From: Bacteroidia bacterium
GTDB taxonomy: Bacteria; Bacteroidota; Bacteroidia; M30B66
Direction of reading: 5' to 3'
Assembly: GCA_965279035.1 (NCBI GenBank)
Contig: OZ257142.1
Span: forward strand, 3,328,001-3,392,000
Length of the DNA stretch: 64,000 nucleotides
Part shown: positions 48,871 through 59,148 of the stretch, one piece after another
Layout: every line of letters begins with the position of its first letter
How positions within the stretch are numbered: position 1 is the first letter of the stretch
Translations under genes and position numbers: made by a program
The notes under the pieces: model-generated
The model's database searches: none
Seen by the model: the letters and a program-made list of their open reading frames with translations, nothing else
Told to the model about the DNA's origin: nothing

Positions 48871-50040
48871 ATGCTGCATACTATTCGTTTTATACTCCTA
48901 TCTGGTAGCTTATTAACACTTATTTCTTGTGGTGGCGGCGCCGGAAGTGGAACTAAAAATGCCGATGGAAAAGAATGGGAAAAGGGCAAGGATTACACGG
49001 TACTAAAGCGTTTCAGACTAGAAGATAAACAAGGTTTTGGTGAGCCGATTACCGCATATAGTTTGCTTTTACCTGATGATTGGACAGTTAGCGGAGGAAT
49101 TAATTGGGTTGCCAATGGCCTATGTGTGAACGAATTGATTGTGAATCGCATGTCGGCTAAATCGCCAGATGGTGGATATGAATTTGAGAGTTTCCCTTTG
49201 AAAAGTTGGAATTGGTTTGACAATCAGATGATGGTTCAGGCAACGCAGCAGCAAAATGCTTCGGGTTTTAAAGCCTGTGACGTCATGCCAGCGTACAATG
49301 CAGAAGCGTATTTGCGCAATGTTTTTGCTCCGGAAGTTGGTGTGAAACAGATTAAGTCGGTGAGCGATTTTAGAGAAGTTTCGGCAGGGATGGAAAAAGT
49401 AGCTGCCGACACGAAAAATTCTTTGCAACAGGCTGGTATTACTAACGTGAGCTACAATCCAACAGCCATCATTGCTCAGGTTGTTTTTGCAGATGGGAAA
49501 GAAGGTTTAGCAGTTGTTGCAGTCAACCAAACGATTAATCAAATGCCTGATTACATGCAAGGTGGATATTCGAATGGATATGTATGTTCGGCCGATTCGA
49601 AGCTATTGCTCAAGTATCCGAAAGGACAAGAAAAAGAGGCAAAAAATCTGTTGAGTATGATTATTAGCAGTGTTCGGATTAATCCGGCTTGGCAAAATGC
49701 AGCTGGACAAATAATGCAAAACATTGCTAAAGGACAACAAATAGAAAACGCCAAGCGACAAGCTATTTGGCATGAAGCGCAGAATGCTATTTCGGAAAGT
49801 CAGCGCTCAACATGGGAAAATCAACAAGCGAGTAATGATCGTATTAATGAAGAATTCAGTCGCACCATTCGAGGTGTAGAGCAATGGAGCGATCCAACCA
49901 CAGGCGATAAAGTAGACTTGACTTTAGGTTATTCTGAAGCTTGGAGTAAAGGGGACGGTACGTATATTTTGAGCAACAATCCTCTTTTTGACCCAACAGT
50001 TGCCTTGCAGGAAGACTGGAAAAAACTAGAAAAGAAGTAA
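48871..50040 (+). CDS. Hypothetical lipoprotein
   Basis: Lipobox LISC followed by a G-rich linker; Gln-rich C-terminal helix. Confidence 0.7.
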   Translation: MLHTIRFILLSGSLLTLISCGGGAGSGTKNADGKEWEKGKDYTVLKRFRLEDKQGFGEPITAYSLLLPDDWTVSGGINWVANGLCVNELIVNRMSAKSPDGGYEFESFPLKSWNWFDNQMMVQATQQQNASGFKACDVMPAYNAEAYLRNVFAPEVGVKQIKSVSDFREVSAGMEKVAADTKNSLQQAGITNVSYNPTAIIAQVVFADGKEGLAVVAVNQTINQMPDYMQGGYSNGYVCSADSKLLLKYPKGQEKEAKNLLSMIISSVRINPAWQNAAGQIMQNIAKGQQIENAKRQAIWHEAQNAISESQRSTWENQQASNDRINEEFSRTIRGVEQWSDPTTGDKVDLTLGYSEAWSKGDGTYILSNNPLFDPTVALQEDWKKLEKK

Positions 50041-50466
50041 TTACTCTTTAAAGACTAGGATTTCCTTCATCACGGTTTCCATCTCGGTAAACTTGCCTTT
50101 GAAGCGAGTTCCACGAACGATGTGATTATCGATCCAATGGTAGTTCCCACCACGTGGTTTACCTAACAATATTCCATGATATTTAAATCCGTGACGATTG
50201 AGCCATTCTTCAGTAATGTCGCGTAAATCCTCGGTACGTGAAGTAAAAAACGTGATAATATGACCTTCGCCGTACCATTTATTGAGCGTTTCTAAAGCAT
50301 CAGGATATGGCTCAGCAGTAACCATACGCTCAGGTTCTTCATTCGGCACATCGTCGCAAATGGTTCCATCGATGTCGATCAGGTAATTAATCACTGATTT
50401 AGGCAATACCGGACTGATATGATGTCCTTGCTCGTCGAAAGTTTCTTGCAGCTCTTGCTCAGTCAT
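50041..50466 (-). CDS. HAD-superfamily small phosphatase (LNS2-like; often annotated phosphoheptose isomerase)
   Basis: IDIDGT, FTSR, GKP, WIDN HAD motifs. Confidence 0.8.
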   Translation of the reverse strand: MTEQELQETFDEQGHHISPVLPKSVINYLIDIDGTICDDVPNEEPERMVTAEPYPDALETLNKWYGEGHIITFFTSRTEDLRDITEEWLNRHGFKYHGILLGKPRGGNYHWIDNHIVRGTRFKGKFTEMETVMKEILVFKE

Positions 50467-50606
50467 GGCTTTTGCGTTTTATGCAAAGATAAGGTTCAAA
50501 CAATAACTATTATGCAAACGAATTAGAATTTTTCTGATGTTTTATACACGACATTGTTGAAAATCTAGATAAATGAGCAATTGGAGTGTTAAAAAGACAC
50601 TTTTGG

Positions 50607-50800
50607 TGTGCTGATGTGCTCCTTTCGACAAGCTCAAGGAGCGTGATATTAAGCGCCGAGCTTATGTCGAAGCATGCTGTTTAGATTTCGTTCCGCTCGC
50701 TGAGCCTGTCGAAGCGAGCTTTGATTAATGTGCTGATATGCTAGTGTGCTGATGTGCTGTTGGTATTTCGTTTCGCTCGCTGAGCCTGTCGAAGCGAGCT
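50607..50800. repeat. Cluster of REP-like hairpins (GAGCYTGTCGA loop) interspersed with TGTGCTGA octamers
   Basis: 36-bp direct repeat at 50685-50720 and 50765-50800 (1 mismatch); inverted copy at 50618-50642; degenerate copy near 50653-50677. Confidence 0.8.
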
Positions 50801-50847
50801 AGTTAGTACGTTTCAAAATTCGTAATTCGTAATTCGTAATTCGTAAT

Positions 50848-52242
50848 CAGTACTGTCCGGTTAAAATTGAGATTGCATGATTTACCTTCTGTAGTTGCAG
50901 TAAATGCGGGTGTTGATGGTATTTATTTAAAATAAAGCCCCCTATGGAGGGAACAATGGCAGTTGAAAGGATTTAATTTGATTTCTAATTAGCGATTTTT
51001 CAGGATTGATGAGGAATTCAAAAAGGTTGATATAGGTCATCAAATGTAGCCTGACCATGGCTGCAAGATTTGAAAACGACCAGTTTTTACCAGCTCTTGC
51101 TTTGACAATTTTTAAGACAAGGTCAGCGATCAGGGCACACCAGATTTGGATTTTGATCGCATTTTCGCTCTCTCCAAGGAAGCTTTGCATCGGATAGTTC
51201 TGTTTGATACGCTTAAATAGCGATTCGATCTGCCAACGATTTTTATAAAACAGTGCGATTGAGGAGGGTTTGAATTGATTGTTATTGGTTATGAATTCAA
51301 ATATCCTCTTCGATTTTTTGTCCTCATATTTTATAAGACGTGCCTTCACTCGTGTATTGTTATTGTGCTTGGTGTGGCCCATTTCTATAATCTGGTCGAG
51401 CAAAATTCCGTTCTGCTTTTCCTTGTCTGAAATTTTCTTTTCCCGCAGGACTTTGATCACGGTGTTGTTTCGTAATCGGGTCACCCATGTGACATTTTCT
51501 TCCGAGAAACGGTTGTATTGCTTGTAATCATTATAACCACGATCAAACACCACAATGGACCCACGTTGCAGGTGTATGTTCTGCAGAAATGGGCTGTCGG
51601 CTCCAGCTCCAGCAGAGAACCTTATCAAGCAAGGCACGTCTTGATCACTCCTCATTAAAGTATGCACCTTAATACCGCCTTTGCGCTTACCATCGGCGGG
51701 ATTACGACCGGCATTTTTCAAAACTTCCTGAAACAACTGAATCGTTGTCGAGTCAACAATATAAAGCCGGGATGCGATTTTACTTCGGCTGTCCGGTAAA
51801 AAATGCTTGTATCGGTCATAAAGCCAGTAGTAAATATCTTCAAAGACATCGGCTGGTCGACTGGTATTTGCATCTGAAATCGTGCTCCTTCTGGGAAAGT
51901 AGTTGATTCCTAAATGCTGTATCCTGCCTTCCCAGGCAAGTAGGCCTGAGGTCACTTCTCGGATACCTGTACACCGATTAAAGATTGCGTAAAGCATCGT
52001 TACTAGGTGCGTATAAGTCCTGAAGTTCTTATAATACCTATCAGCGTTATGCTCATCAGCTATGTCCTTTACTTTCGTCTGAGGCAGATAAGAAAGGAGT
52101 TGACTGTAAATCGGCTGTCCGGTAAAATATTTACTTTTACTCATGATTATTTTGGTGTGTCGTAACTCAAAAATAATCACAAAAGGAGTGATCGAAATGG
52201 TCGCTCCTTTTTTCTGATTTAAACTTTAACCGGACAGTACTG
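50848..52242 (-). mobile_element. IS4 family insertion sequence, copy 2, 1395 bp
   Basis: Same IRs and length as copy 1, opposite orientation; 9-bp TSD ATTCGTAAT at 50839-50847 and 52243-52251. Confidence 0.95.
50942..52144 (-). CDS. IS4 family transposase, copy 2
   Basis: Translation identical to copy 1. Confidence 0.93.
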   Translation of the reverse strand: MSKSKYFTGQPIYSQLLSYLPQTKVKDIADEHNADRYYKNFRTYTHLVTMLYAIFNRCTGIREVTSGLLAWEGRIQHLGINYFPRRSTISDANTSRPADVFEDIYYWLYDRYKHFLPDSRSKIASRLYIVDSTTIQLFQEVLKNAGRNPADGKRKGGIKVHTLMRSDQDVPCLIRFSAGAGADSPFLQNIHLQRGSIVVFDRGYNDYKQYNRFSEENVTWVTRLRNNTVIKVLREKKISDKEKQNGILLDQIIEMGHTKHNNNTRVKARLIKYEDKKSKRIFEFITNNNQFKPSSIALFYKNRWQIESLFKRIKQNYPMQSFLGESENAIKIQIWCALIADLVLKIVKARAGKNWSFSNLAAMVRLHLMTYINLFEFLINPEKSLIRNQIKSFQLPLFPP

Positions 52243-52293
52243 ATTCGTAATTCATAATTCGTATATCGTAATCCGTAATCCGTAATCCGTAAT

Positions 52294-52686
52294 TCATTCC
52301 ACTTTCTTCTCCGAATCTTCCCCAAACCATTCTTCGATATCGCGGCGTTCTTTTTTAGTTGGGCGGCCAGTGCCGCGATCGCGCCAGACGAAACGGGTTT
52401 CCTTCATCCGATCGATGCTTTTGTATTCGGATTCTGGGGTGAGATCTTCCATGTATAGGCTTACATCTTTGGCTGCTACACGGTTCTCGAGAAGTGCTTT
52501 TACACGAATGGTTTTCTGAATTTGGGAAAGTTGAATGGTATATTTCTCCCCTTCTTTCACATCACGGGCTGGTTTTACATTATCGCCTTCGAGTTTTACT
52601 TTGCCACCTTTGATTGCATCAATCGCCGTCGAACGAGTCTTGAAAATCCGAACTGCCCAAAGGTATTTATCAATCCGAACTCCCAT
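52294..52686 (-). CDS. hslR: S4-domain ribosome-associated heat shock protein Hsp15
   Basis: RIDKYLWAVRIFKTRS, GRPTKKERR. Confidence 0.9.
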   Translation of the reverse strand: MGVRIDKYLWAVRIFKTRSTAIDAIKGGKVKLEGDNVKPARDVKEGEKYTIQLSQIQKTIRVKALLENRVAAKDVSLYMEDLTPESEYKSIDRMKETRFVWRDRGTGRPTKKERRDIEEWFGEDSEKKVE

Positions 52687-54176
52687 TAGTTGTATCTACG
52701 TACTTTCCAGGCCGATTTGCTCGTTGTTACAACAGGTGCTAATGCTGGAATTACGCTCACTTGATTTTCACGATCCCAAGCAGCAAATAAAGCAGCAACT
52801 TCCAATTCATCTGCACTTGCTGGTCGCTCGAGCAATTCAGGTTTGAAATAATGCTTCACGAAATTCGTATCGAAATTCCCAGAAACAAAGGCTTCGTGTT
52901 GAAGCGCAAAGCGGCAAAACGAAAGGGTTGTTTCGATTCCTGCAATTTGGTAATCATCAATGGCACGAATCATCTTAGCAATCGCTGCTTCCCGATTTTC
53001 TGCATGAACGATTAGTTTGCTAATCATCGGATCGTAATAGATTGGAATATCCATTCCTTCCTCAAATCCACCATCTACGCGAACTCCATTACCAATAGGA
53101 AGTTGATAAACAGAAAGATTTCCAATATCGGGAAGGAAATTATTTGCAGGATCTTCGGCATACACGCGGACTTCGAGCGCATGTCCATTGATGGTTAGTT
53201 CATCTTGAGTGAAACTTAATTTCTCACCACGAGCTACTTGAATTTGTTCTTTGACTAAATCTTTCCCAGAGATTAATTCCGTAACCGGATGTTCTACTTG
53301 AAGTCGGGTATTCATTTCTAGAAAATAAAAGTTGAGTTTATCATCCACTAAAAACTCAACTGTTCCTGCCCCCACATAATCACAAGCTTTTGCTACTAGA
53401 ACGGCACATTCGCCCATCGCTTTTCGCAATTCGGGACTTAATATAGAAGAAGGAGCTTCTTCAATCACCTTTTGGTGGCGACGTTGGATGCTACATTCGC
53501 GTTCGAATAAATACACACAGTTTCCATGTGTATCGGCCATTACTTGAATTTCGATGTGACGAGGAGAAGTCACGAAACGCTCGATAAATACAGAACCATC
53601 ACCAAATGCAGAAGTAGCTTCAGAAATAGCTAATTGGAGTTGTTCGTTGAACTCAGCGCTATTTTCTACGATACGCATTCCCTTACCACCGCCACCTGCT
53701 GAGGCTTTGATTAAGATTGGGAATCCGATTTCTTCGGCAATTTTACGTGCGGCATCTACATCCGAAATGGCTTCTTCGGTGCCTGGAACGAGCGGAATAT
53801 TATAGGCTTTTGCAGCCGCTTTTGCAGCTAGTTTTGAACCCATCATTTCCATTGCTTCAGGTGATGGACCGATAAAAGTGATACCAGCTTCCTTCACGGC
53901 TCGAGCAAATCCAGCATTCTCGGAAAGAAATCCGTAACCAGGATGAATGCCATCAACACCTAATTCCCGACATACTTCCAAAATTTTATCACCCCGTAAA
54001 TAGGATTGACTGGAAGCTGGCGGACCAATGCAAACCGCTTCATCGGCGTATCGAACATGTGGAGCATTACGATCGGCTTCAGAGAAAACCGCAACTGTTT
54101 GAATTCCCATTTCGCGTGCAGAACGCATGACACGCAGGGCAATTTCGCCCCGATTGGCTACGAGTATCTTTTTCAA
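52686..54176 (-). CDS. accC: Biotin carboxylase (acetyl/propionyl-CoA carboxylase)
   Basis: KILVANRGEIA, HPGYGFLSEN, GGGGKGMR, ERECSIQRRHQK, EMNTRLQVEHPVTE. Confidence 0.93.
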   Translation of the reverse strand: MKKILVANRGEIALRVMRSAREMGIQTVAVFSEADRNAPHVRYADEAVCIGPPASSQSYLRGDKILEVCRELGVDGIHPGYGFLSENAGFARAVKEAGITFIGPSPEAMEMMGSKLAAKAAAKAYNIPLVPGTEEAISDVDAARKIAEEIGFPILIKASAGGGGKGMRIVENSAEFNEQLQLAISEATSAFGDGSVFIERFVTSPRHIEIQVMADTHGNCVYLFERECSIQRRHQKVIEEAPSSILSPELRKAMGECAVLVAKACDYVGAGTVEFLVDDKLNFYFLEMNTRLQVEHPVTELISGKDLVKEQIQVARGEKLSFTQDELTINGHALEVRVYAEDPANNFLPDIGNLSVYQLPIGNGVRVDGGFEEGMDIPIYYDPMISKLIVHAENREAAIAKMIRAIDDYQIAGIETTLSFCRFALQHEAFVSGNFDTNFVKHYFKPELLERPASADELEVAALFAAWDRENQVSVIPALAPVVTTSKSAWKVRRYN

Positions 54177-57115
54177 TGTACTAAAGCGCTTGTGTGAATG
54201 ATTTTATGATGAGATTGTTCGCCTTTTACAAAAACAGAAAGTATGTAAACTCCTGCGGGATATTCTTTCATATCAATAATTCCAGAGGAAACTACTGTGC
54301 TAGAAATGAGCTTACGTCCTGATGCATCGAATAATGTACAAAGTGCCGATTCAGGTGAATTTAACTTAATTTTTAATTCGTGTTCCACCGGATTAGGATA
54401 AATACTCAAATTCGAATTGGCAAGTTGTTCCAACCCATCAATAATAATGTGCATCGTACTTGAAGCAGTACATCCGTTAGGAGAAGTTACTATACAGGTA
54501 TAATCTCCACTTTCGGTCGGAGTCCAATGATAGGTATTTGAATTAGGAAGTGTCACACCATTAAACAACCACTGAAATGAACCTACTGCTCCAGTTGAAA
54601 TTGTTCCTGAACCATAAAACAACAAAGGTGCTGAAGGAGATTCTTGAACATTGATGAATGATTGTAAATCAAGTGTGTCGGAATAAAGACTATTGGATGC
54701 AATTAGTTGCACATTATAAAGTCCAGCAGCCGAATAAAGAACGATTGGATTTACATCATTAGAAACATAAGGTAAAGCACCCGGGAAACTCCAAGAATAA
54801 GAAGTTGCATTGGTACTTGCATTATTAAATTGTATCGGTCGATTGGTACAGAATTGCATAAAACCCAATGTAAATGCCGCTTCAGGTTGAATAATGATCG
54901 GTGTTGAACAAATACCAGAAACACGCACATTATCTACATAAATATTATTTCCACCTGCGTTATATGATTCAAATTTTGCACGAAGCGAAGGAGCACCATC
55001 CCATGTAGAAAGATCTAAATTAAAACAGTCAGGACCAATGGTTGAGGCTATGCACCAATTGATGTTGGAAGTAGGAACAAAGTTCGATGTTGTTGTATTT
55101 CCTGTAGCAAAAGATCCTTGACCATTTTCGGCCAATGAGGCTAAGCGGATCCAATTTGCTCCTTGATCGGTAGAAATTGAAATAATTAAAGAATCTCTTA
55201 CGGAAGTAACACGTCGGCGGTGTGCATGCTCAAAATACAAGGAATTTCCGGTAGTGTTTGCTAGTGAAAATTCCGGGCTAATCATCGCATCGCGTTGTCC
55301 AATCAAGGTTTGATTATCGAAAATTTCAATTTCCGCTGCATGCGTTCCGGGACTTGTTCCCCCAACAGAACTCAATGTCCAGGTGTTCACATTGTCGGGA
55401 TTTTCGAGCGTCCAACCAGAAGCACTTAATGAAGAACCTTCGAATGTTTCATTGAAAACGATGCGTGTACTTGTGTTATTGACATCCACGTATGACGGGA
55501 TTTCCAATGTGTCGCTTCCATAATTGTTGAAAGCAATGAGTTGAACAGGATAAACACCAATGGTATTATAGACTACTGTTGGAGATTCAAGTGTGGAAGA
55601 ACTTGGTGTTCCGCCAGGGAAATTCCATAAAAAGCTATTGGCATTCGAAGTAGTTTGATTTTGGTAAGTCACCGATAAACCGGGACAACCATTTCGAGAA
55701 ACTTGTGGAGCAGAAAAGGACGCACTCGGAGGAGCAGTTGTATCACAGATAAACGTTTGAACTTGCTGCAATGCACCCAATAAATTCAATCGGCGACTTC
55801 CTGCAACCTGATTGTTTAAAGAGCTGAGTTGTTCTGCACCATTGAGGAGATAATCGCGCATTAAAAGAGCAACAGAACCAGGATTACTTTTCGATTCGGC
55901 AATTAATTCCTGACAAGCAGCGCCATACATCAGTCCAATTGCTCCAGCAACGTGCGGCGTTGCCATGGAAGTTCCAGTTAGATTGGCATAATTGGAATTA
56001 GTTACTGTTGAATAGATTGCAGTACCAGGAGAAGCGATATCAATCGAAACAACACCATATCCGGCATTGGTATACTTCACATCAGTATTGGTTGAATTCG
56101 TAACAGCGATAAGGAATTGAGAAACACAAGCTGTAGGAATATCACCCGTTTGATCGATGTTAAAATTTGCATTGGCGGTAGCACCTGCATTGAGAATTCC
56201 ATGAGTTCCAAGCGTATCGTAAAACGAACACCAAATTGGATAATCGGCAGGATTGCCTTGATCAACACCAAAAGAGGCATTGGTAGATACCACATAAGCG
56301 CCTTTTACACCATTAGTTTCGTCATATAAAATGCGCATTTCTGCTGCATAAGCATAAGCAGCTACAACAGTAGCTTCATCACCAGATGAACCAGCTATAG
56401 GAAGGATTTTGGCAGCCCAGTTTACTCCTGAAATTCCGATAATATTATTTCCTCTTGCCCCGATAATACCCGAAACGTGTGTCCCGTGTTGATCAGATGG
56501 AATTGTACCATTGTTATCATAAGCGTTCCAGCCATTTACATCATCTACATATCCATTTCCATCATCATCAATTGAGTTCCCAGGAATTTCCAAATGATTG
56601 ACAAAAATATTCTGCACTAAATCGGGATGATTCAATTGAAATCCACCATCAATAACAGCTACAACAATCGTATCACCTGAAGAAGTTAATCCACCTGTAG
56701 TAATATCCCAAGCATCCTCGGCTTGTATATCTGCACCAGCAGTACCACCCGATTGAGCAGTATTATTTAATGACCATTGTTGGGTGAAAGAAGGATCATT
56801 GGGAACGGTTGATCGAAGCTGAACTTGGTGATTATGTTGAGCTAAAACTACTTTTGGATCTTTACTTAGGTAGTTTAATTTTTCATCATCGTTTCCGGGC
56901 AAACTGGTAAAAAGCCAAATATGAAAACGAGCTGACAAAAGTCGAGAGGCTTTCATTTCCCATTCGGGATGATTGATTGCCAAATTACGTTCAATCAGAG
57001 CAGCAGAATGTTTCCCTTTAAGTTGAACTAGAAATTCACCGGGAATATTATTCGACTGGGCATTTACGAGATTGAGTAAAAGTCCGAAAAAGAGTAAAAA
57101 TAGAATTCGCTTCAT
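54173..57115 (-). CDS. S8 subtilisin-like protease with PKD domains and T9SS type A CTD
   Basis: VAVIDGG, HGTHVSG, GTSMATPHVAG catalytic triad; WNFPGG PKD; IYPNP...PAGVY tail. Confidence 0.92.
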   Translation of the reverse strand: MKRILFLLFFGLLLNLVNAQSNNIPGEFLVQLKGKHSAALIERNLAINHPEWEMKASRLLSARFHIWLFTSLPGNDDEKLNYLSKDPKVVLAQHNHQVQLRSTVPNDPSFTQQWSLNNTAQSGGTAGADIQAEDAWDITTGGLTSSGDTIVVAVIDGGFQLNHPDLVQNIFVNHLEIPGNSIDDDGNGYVDDVNGWNAYDNNGTIPSDQHGTHVSGIIGARGNNIIGISGVNWAAKILPIAGSSGDEATVVAAYAYAAEMRILYDETNGVKGAYVVSTNASFGVDQGNPADYPIWCSFYDTLGTHGILNAGATANANFNIDQTGDIPTACVSQFLIAVTNSTNTDVKYTNAGYGVVSIDIASPGTAIYSTVTNSNYANLTGTSMATPHVAGAIGLMYGAACQELIAESKSNPGSVALLMRDYLLNGAEQLSSLNNQVAGSRRLNLLGALQQVQTFICDTTAPPSASFSAPQVSRNGCPGLSVTYQNQTTSNANSFLWNFPGGTPSSSTLESPTVVYNTIGVYPVQLIAFNNYGSDTLEIPSYVDVNNTSTRIVFNETFEGSSLSASGWTLENPDNVNTWTLSSVGGTSPGTHAAEIEIFDNQTLIGQRDAMISPEFSLANTTGNSLYFEHAHRRRVTSVRDSLIISISTDQGANWIRLASLAENGQGSFATGNTTTSNFVPTSNINWCIASTIGPDCFNLDLSTWDGAPSLRAKFESYNAGGNNIYVDNVRVSGICSTPIIIQPEAAFTLGFMQFCTNRPIQFNNASTNATSYSWSFPGALPYVSNDVNPIVLYSAAGLYNVQLIASNSLYSDTLDLQSFINVQESPSAPLLFYGSGTISTGAVGSFQWLFNGVTLPNSNTYHWTPTESGDYTCIVTSPNGCTASSTMHIIIDGLEQLANSNLSIYPNPVEHELKIKLNSPESALCTLFDASGRKLISSTVVSSGIIDMKEYPAGVYILSVFVKGEQSHHKIIHTSALVH

Positions 57116-57163
57116 GAGATGGTTTGATGTGGCAAGTTACCAAAGAAAACGCCTTGTAGAAAC

Positions 57164-57189
57164 AAAAAAAGGCGCACAAAGGCGCCTTT
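57164..57189 (-). terminator. Intrinsic terminator after sucC
   Basis: AAAGGCGC/GCGCCTTT stem with U7 on the minus strand. Confidence 0.75.
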
Positions 57190-57207
57190 CTGAGTAAATT
57201 TTAATGT

Positions 57208-58398
57208 TTAGGAAAGAACTTCTTTTACGCTATCGGCAGCTTCTTGAAGAAGGATTGCAGATTTAACGCGTAATCCAGAATCATCGATGATTTTTTTCGC
57301 TTCAACTGCATTGGTGCCTTGAAGACGAACGATGATGGGAACACGAATTTCTCCGATGTTTTTGTATGCATCTACAATTCCTTGTGCAACTCGATCGCAA
57401 CGAACAATTCCACCAAAAATATTTACCAGAATCGCTTTCACATTTTCATCTTTAAGGATGATACGGAAAGCTTGTTCTACACGAGCAGCATCGGCAGTTC
57501 CGCCCACATCGAGGAAATTAGCAGGATCGCCTCCAGCTAATTTGATAATGTCCATCGTTGCCATTGCCAAACCAGCTCCGTTTACCATGCAACCAATGTT
57601 TCCATCGAGTTTCACATAGTTCAGGTTGTGTTCACCAGCTTCTACTTCTGTAGGATCTTCTTCGGTTGTATCGCGCATCTCGAGAATATCGGGATGGCGA
57701 AACAATCCGTTTTCATCCAAATTCACTTTGGCATCCACAGCGATGATTTTGCTGTCGGACGTTTTCAATACAGGATTAATCTCGAATTGAGATGCATCGA
57801 TCGAATCGTATGCTTTGTATAATGAAGAAACAAACTTCACCATTTGCTTATTCGATTCGCCCGTCAAACCTAAATTATAGGCAATTTTTCTAGCTTGAAA
57901 GCCTTGTAAACCCACGCGTGGATCGATTTCTTCTTTCAGGATTTTCTCAGGAGTGCTATGAGCAACTTCTTCGATATCCATTCCTCCTTCGGTAGTATAG
58001 ATAATGATGTTACGACCAGTTTGACGATCTAACAAAACGCTCATGTAAAACTCCTTGGTTGGTTCAGCACCAGGATAATAAACATCTTGAGCAACAAGCA
58101 CTTTGCGAACAAACTTCCCTTCAGGACCTGTTTGAGGAGTAACGAGTGTCATTCCTAAAATCTGATCGGAGATGGATTTTACCTCGTCTAAACTTTTAGC
58201 CAATTTCACTCCACCACCTTTCCCACGGCCACCAGCATGGATTTGGGCTTTGATAACCCACCATCCGGTTCCGGTTTGCTGTTGAAGTAATTTGGCGGCT
58301 TCAACCGCTTCCTCAGGAGTTTCGGCAACTATACCCTCCTGAATACCAACGCCAAAGCGTTTAAGAATAGATTTTCCTTGGTATTCGTGAATGTTCAT
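57208..58398 (-). CDS. sucC: Succinyl-CoA synthetase beta subunit
   Basis: MNIHEYQGK, KAQIHAGGRGKGGG, NGAGLAMATMD, NFLDVGG, NIFGGIVRCD. Confidence 0.97.
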   Translation of the reverse strand: MNIHEYQGKSILKRFGVGIQEGIVAETPEEAVEAAKLLQQQTGTGWWVIKAQIHAGGRGKGGGVKLAKSLDEVKSISDQILGMTLVTPQTGPEGKFVRKVLVAQDVYYPGAEPTKEFYMSVLLDRQTGRNIIIYTTEGGMDIEEVAHSTPEKILKEEIDPRVGLQGFQARKIAYNLGLTGESNKQMVKFVSSLYKAYDSIDASQFEINPVLKTSDSKIIAVDAKVNLDENGLFRHPDILEMRDTTEEDPTEVEAGEHNLNYVKLDGNIGCMVNGAGLAMATMDIIKLAGGDPANFLDVGGTADAARVEQAFRIILKDENVKAILVNIFGGIVRCDRVAQGIVDAYKNIGEIRVPIIVRLQGTNAVEAKKIIDDSGLRVKSAILLQEAADSVKEVLS

Positions 58399-58560
58399 GT
58401 GTGCTTGAATTTGCTGGCAAAAGTAGTTGATTTAATGAAGTATGAAACAGGAAAAGAAGCTCTTTTCATTCAGTGTGTATCAAGCTAGTTGCTAACACTT
58501 ATGTGTGAATACAATTTCTTTGTAACTATTATTTAGAAATACTCGTTTGGGGCTACATTA

Positions 58561-59148
58561 GTGTTTCACAAACCACACAAATCCATGTACCGAGAATCTA
58601 CCACCTCGGCACAGGAATCAGTCCTTATTTCACAACGCATCTTGGGGAAAACGATGCATATGTGGATGGACATTCTCTGTGCACAAAAAATTCAACCACC
58701 AACCAAACAAAAACTCATTCAATTCCTCTCTACGAACTATATGATGTATGAGAGCGATGCAGAAATGCTTGCTCGTCAGTACCTCATGTTAAACGCGAGT
58801 GAATCAGGGTCTACATATCCTGATGGACATGAGATAACAGTAACGCGTACGTTTCCGGTTGGAATGCATGTTTTAGAAAGTTACTTTACCGAACAAGGGC
58901 TTCGGGGAGAACATTTAAAACTTGAAATGCAGCTAATACGCTACAATCCAGGTAAAAACATCCGTTTCCAATTAGAAAATGATGAAGTACTACTTGCCAA
59001 TTTTAACGGAAAGAGTGCAGGAAAATGTCAGGTAACGCTTCAACATACTAAATTAGCCGACGCAGCAAGAGCCGAAGAGATGCGCACATTCTGGAAAGAA
59101 TGTCTGCAAGAGCTTTCGGAGCTGTTTAACGGCTATGATAAGCGCTAA
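58561..59148 (+). CDS. Hypothetical protein (possible DUF4287-like N-domain and SRPBCC-like C-domain)
   Basis: GKT...W..IL N-terminal part; ITVTRTF...VTLQHTKL...[10 protein letters not shown]-terminal part. Confidence 0.5.
   Translation: MFHKPHKSMYRESTTSAQESVLISQRILGKTMHMWMDILCAQKIQPPTKQKLIQFLSTNYMMYESDAEMLARQYLMLNASESGSTYPDGHEITVTRTFPVGMHVLESYFTEQGLRGEHLKLEMQLIRYNPGKNIRFQLENDEVLLANFNGKSAGKCQVTLQHTKLADAARAEEMRTFWKECLQELSELFNGYDKR

Larger units (their letters stand above)
50817..52293. repeat. Heptamer array (ATTCGTA/ATCCGTA) interrupted by IS4 copy 2
   Basis: About 4 units at 50817-50847 and about 7 units at 52243-52293. Confidence 0.85.

Noticed and set aside
50685-50800. Two 36-bp direct repeats 44 bp apart, resembling a mini CRISPR array
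   Set aside because: Only two units; the spacer is low-complexity TGTGCTGA repeats; an inverted copy lies nearby; no cas genes. It fits a REP-like element better.
41574-52242. Composite transposon that moved as a unit
   Set aside because: The outer flanks do not share a TSD, each IS has its own duplication, and the cargo is core ribosomal genes.
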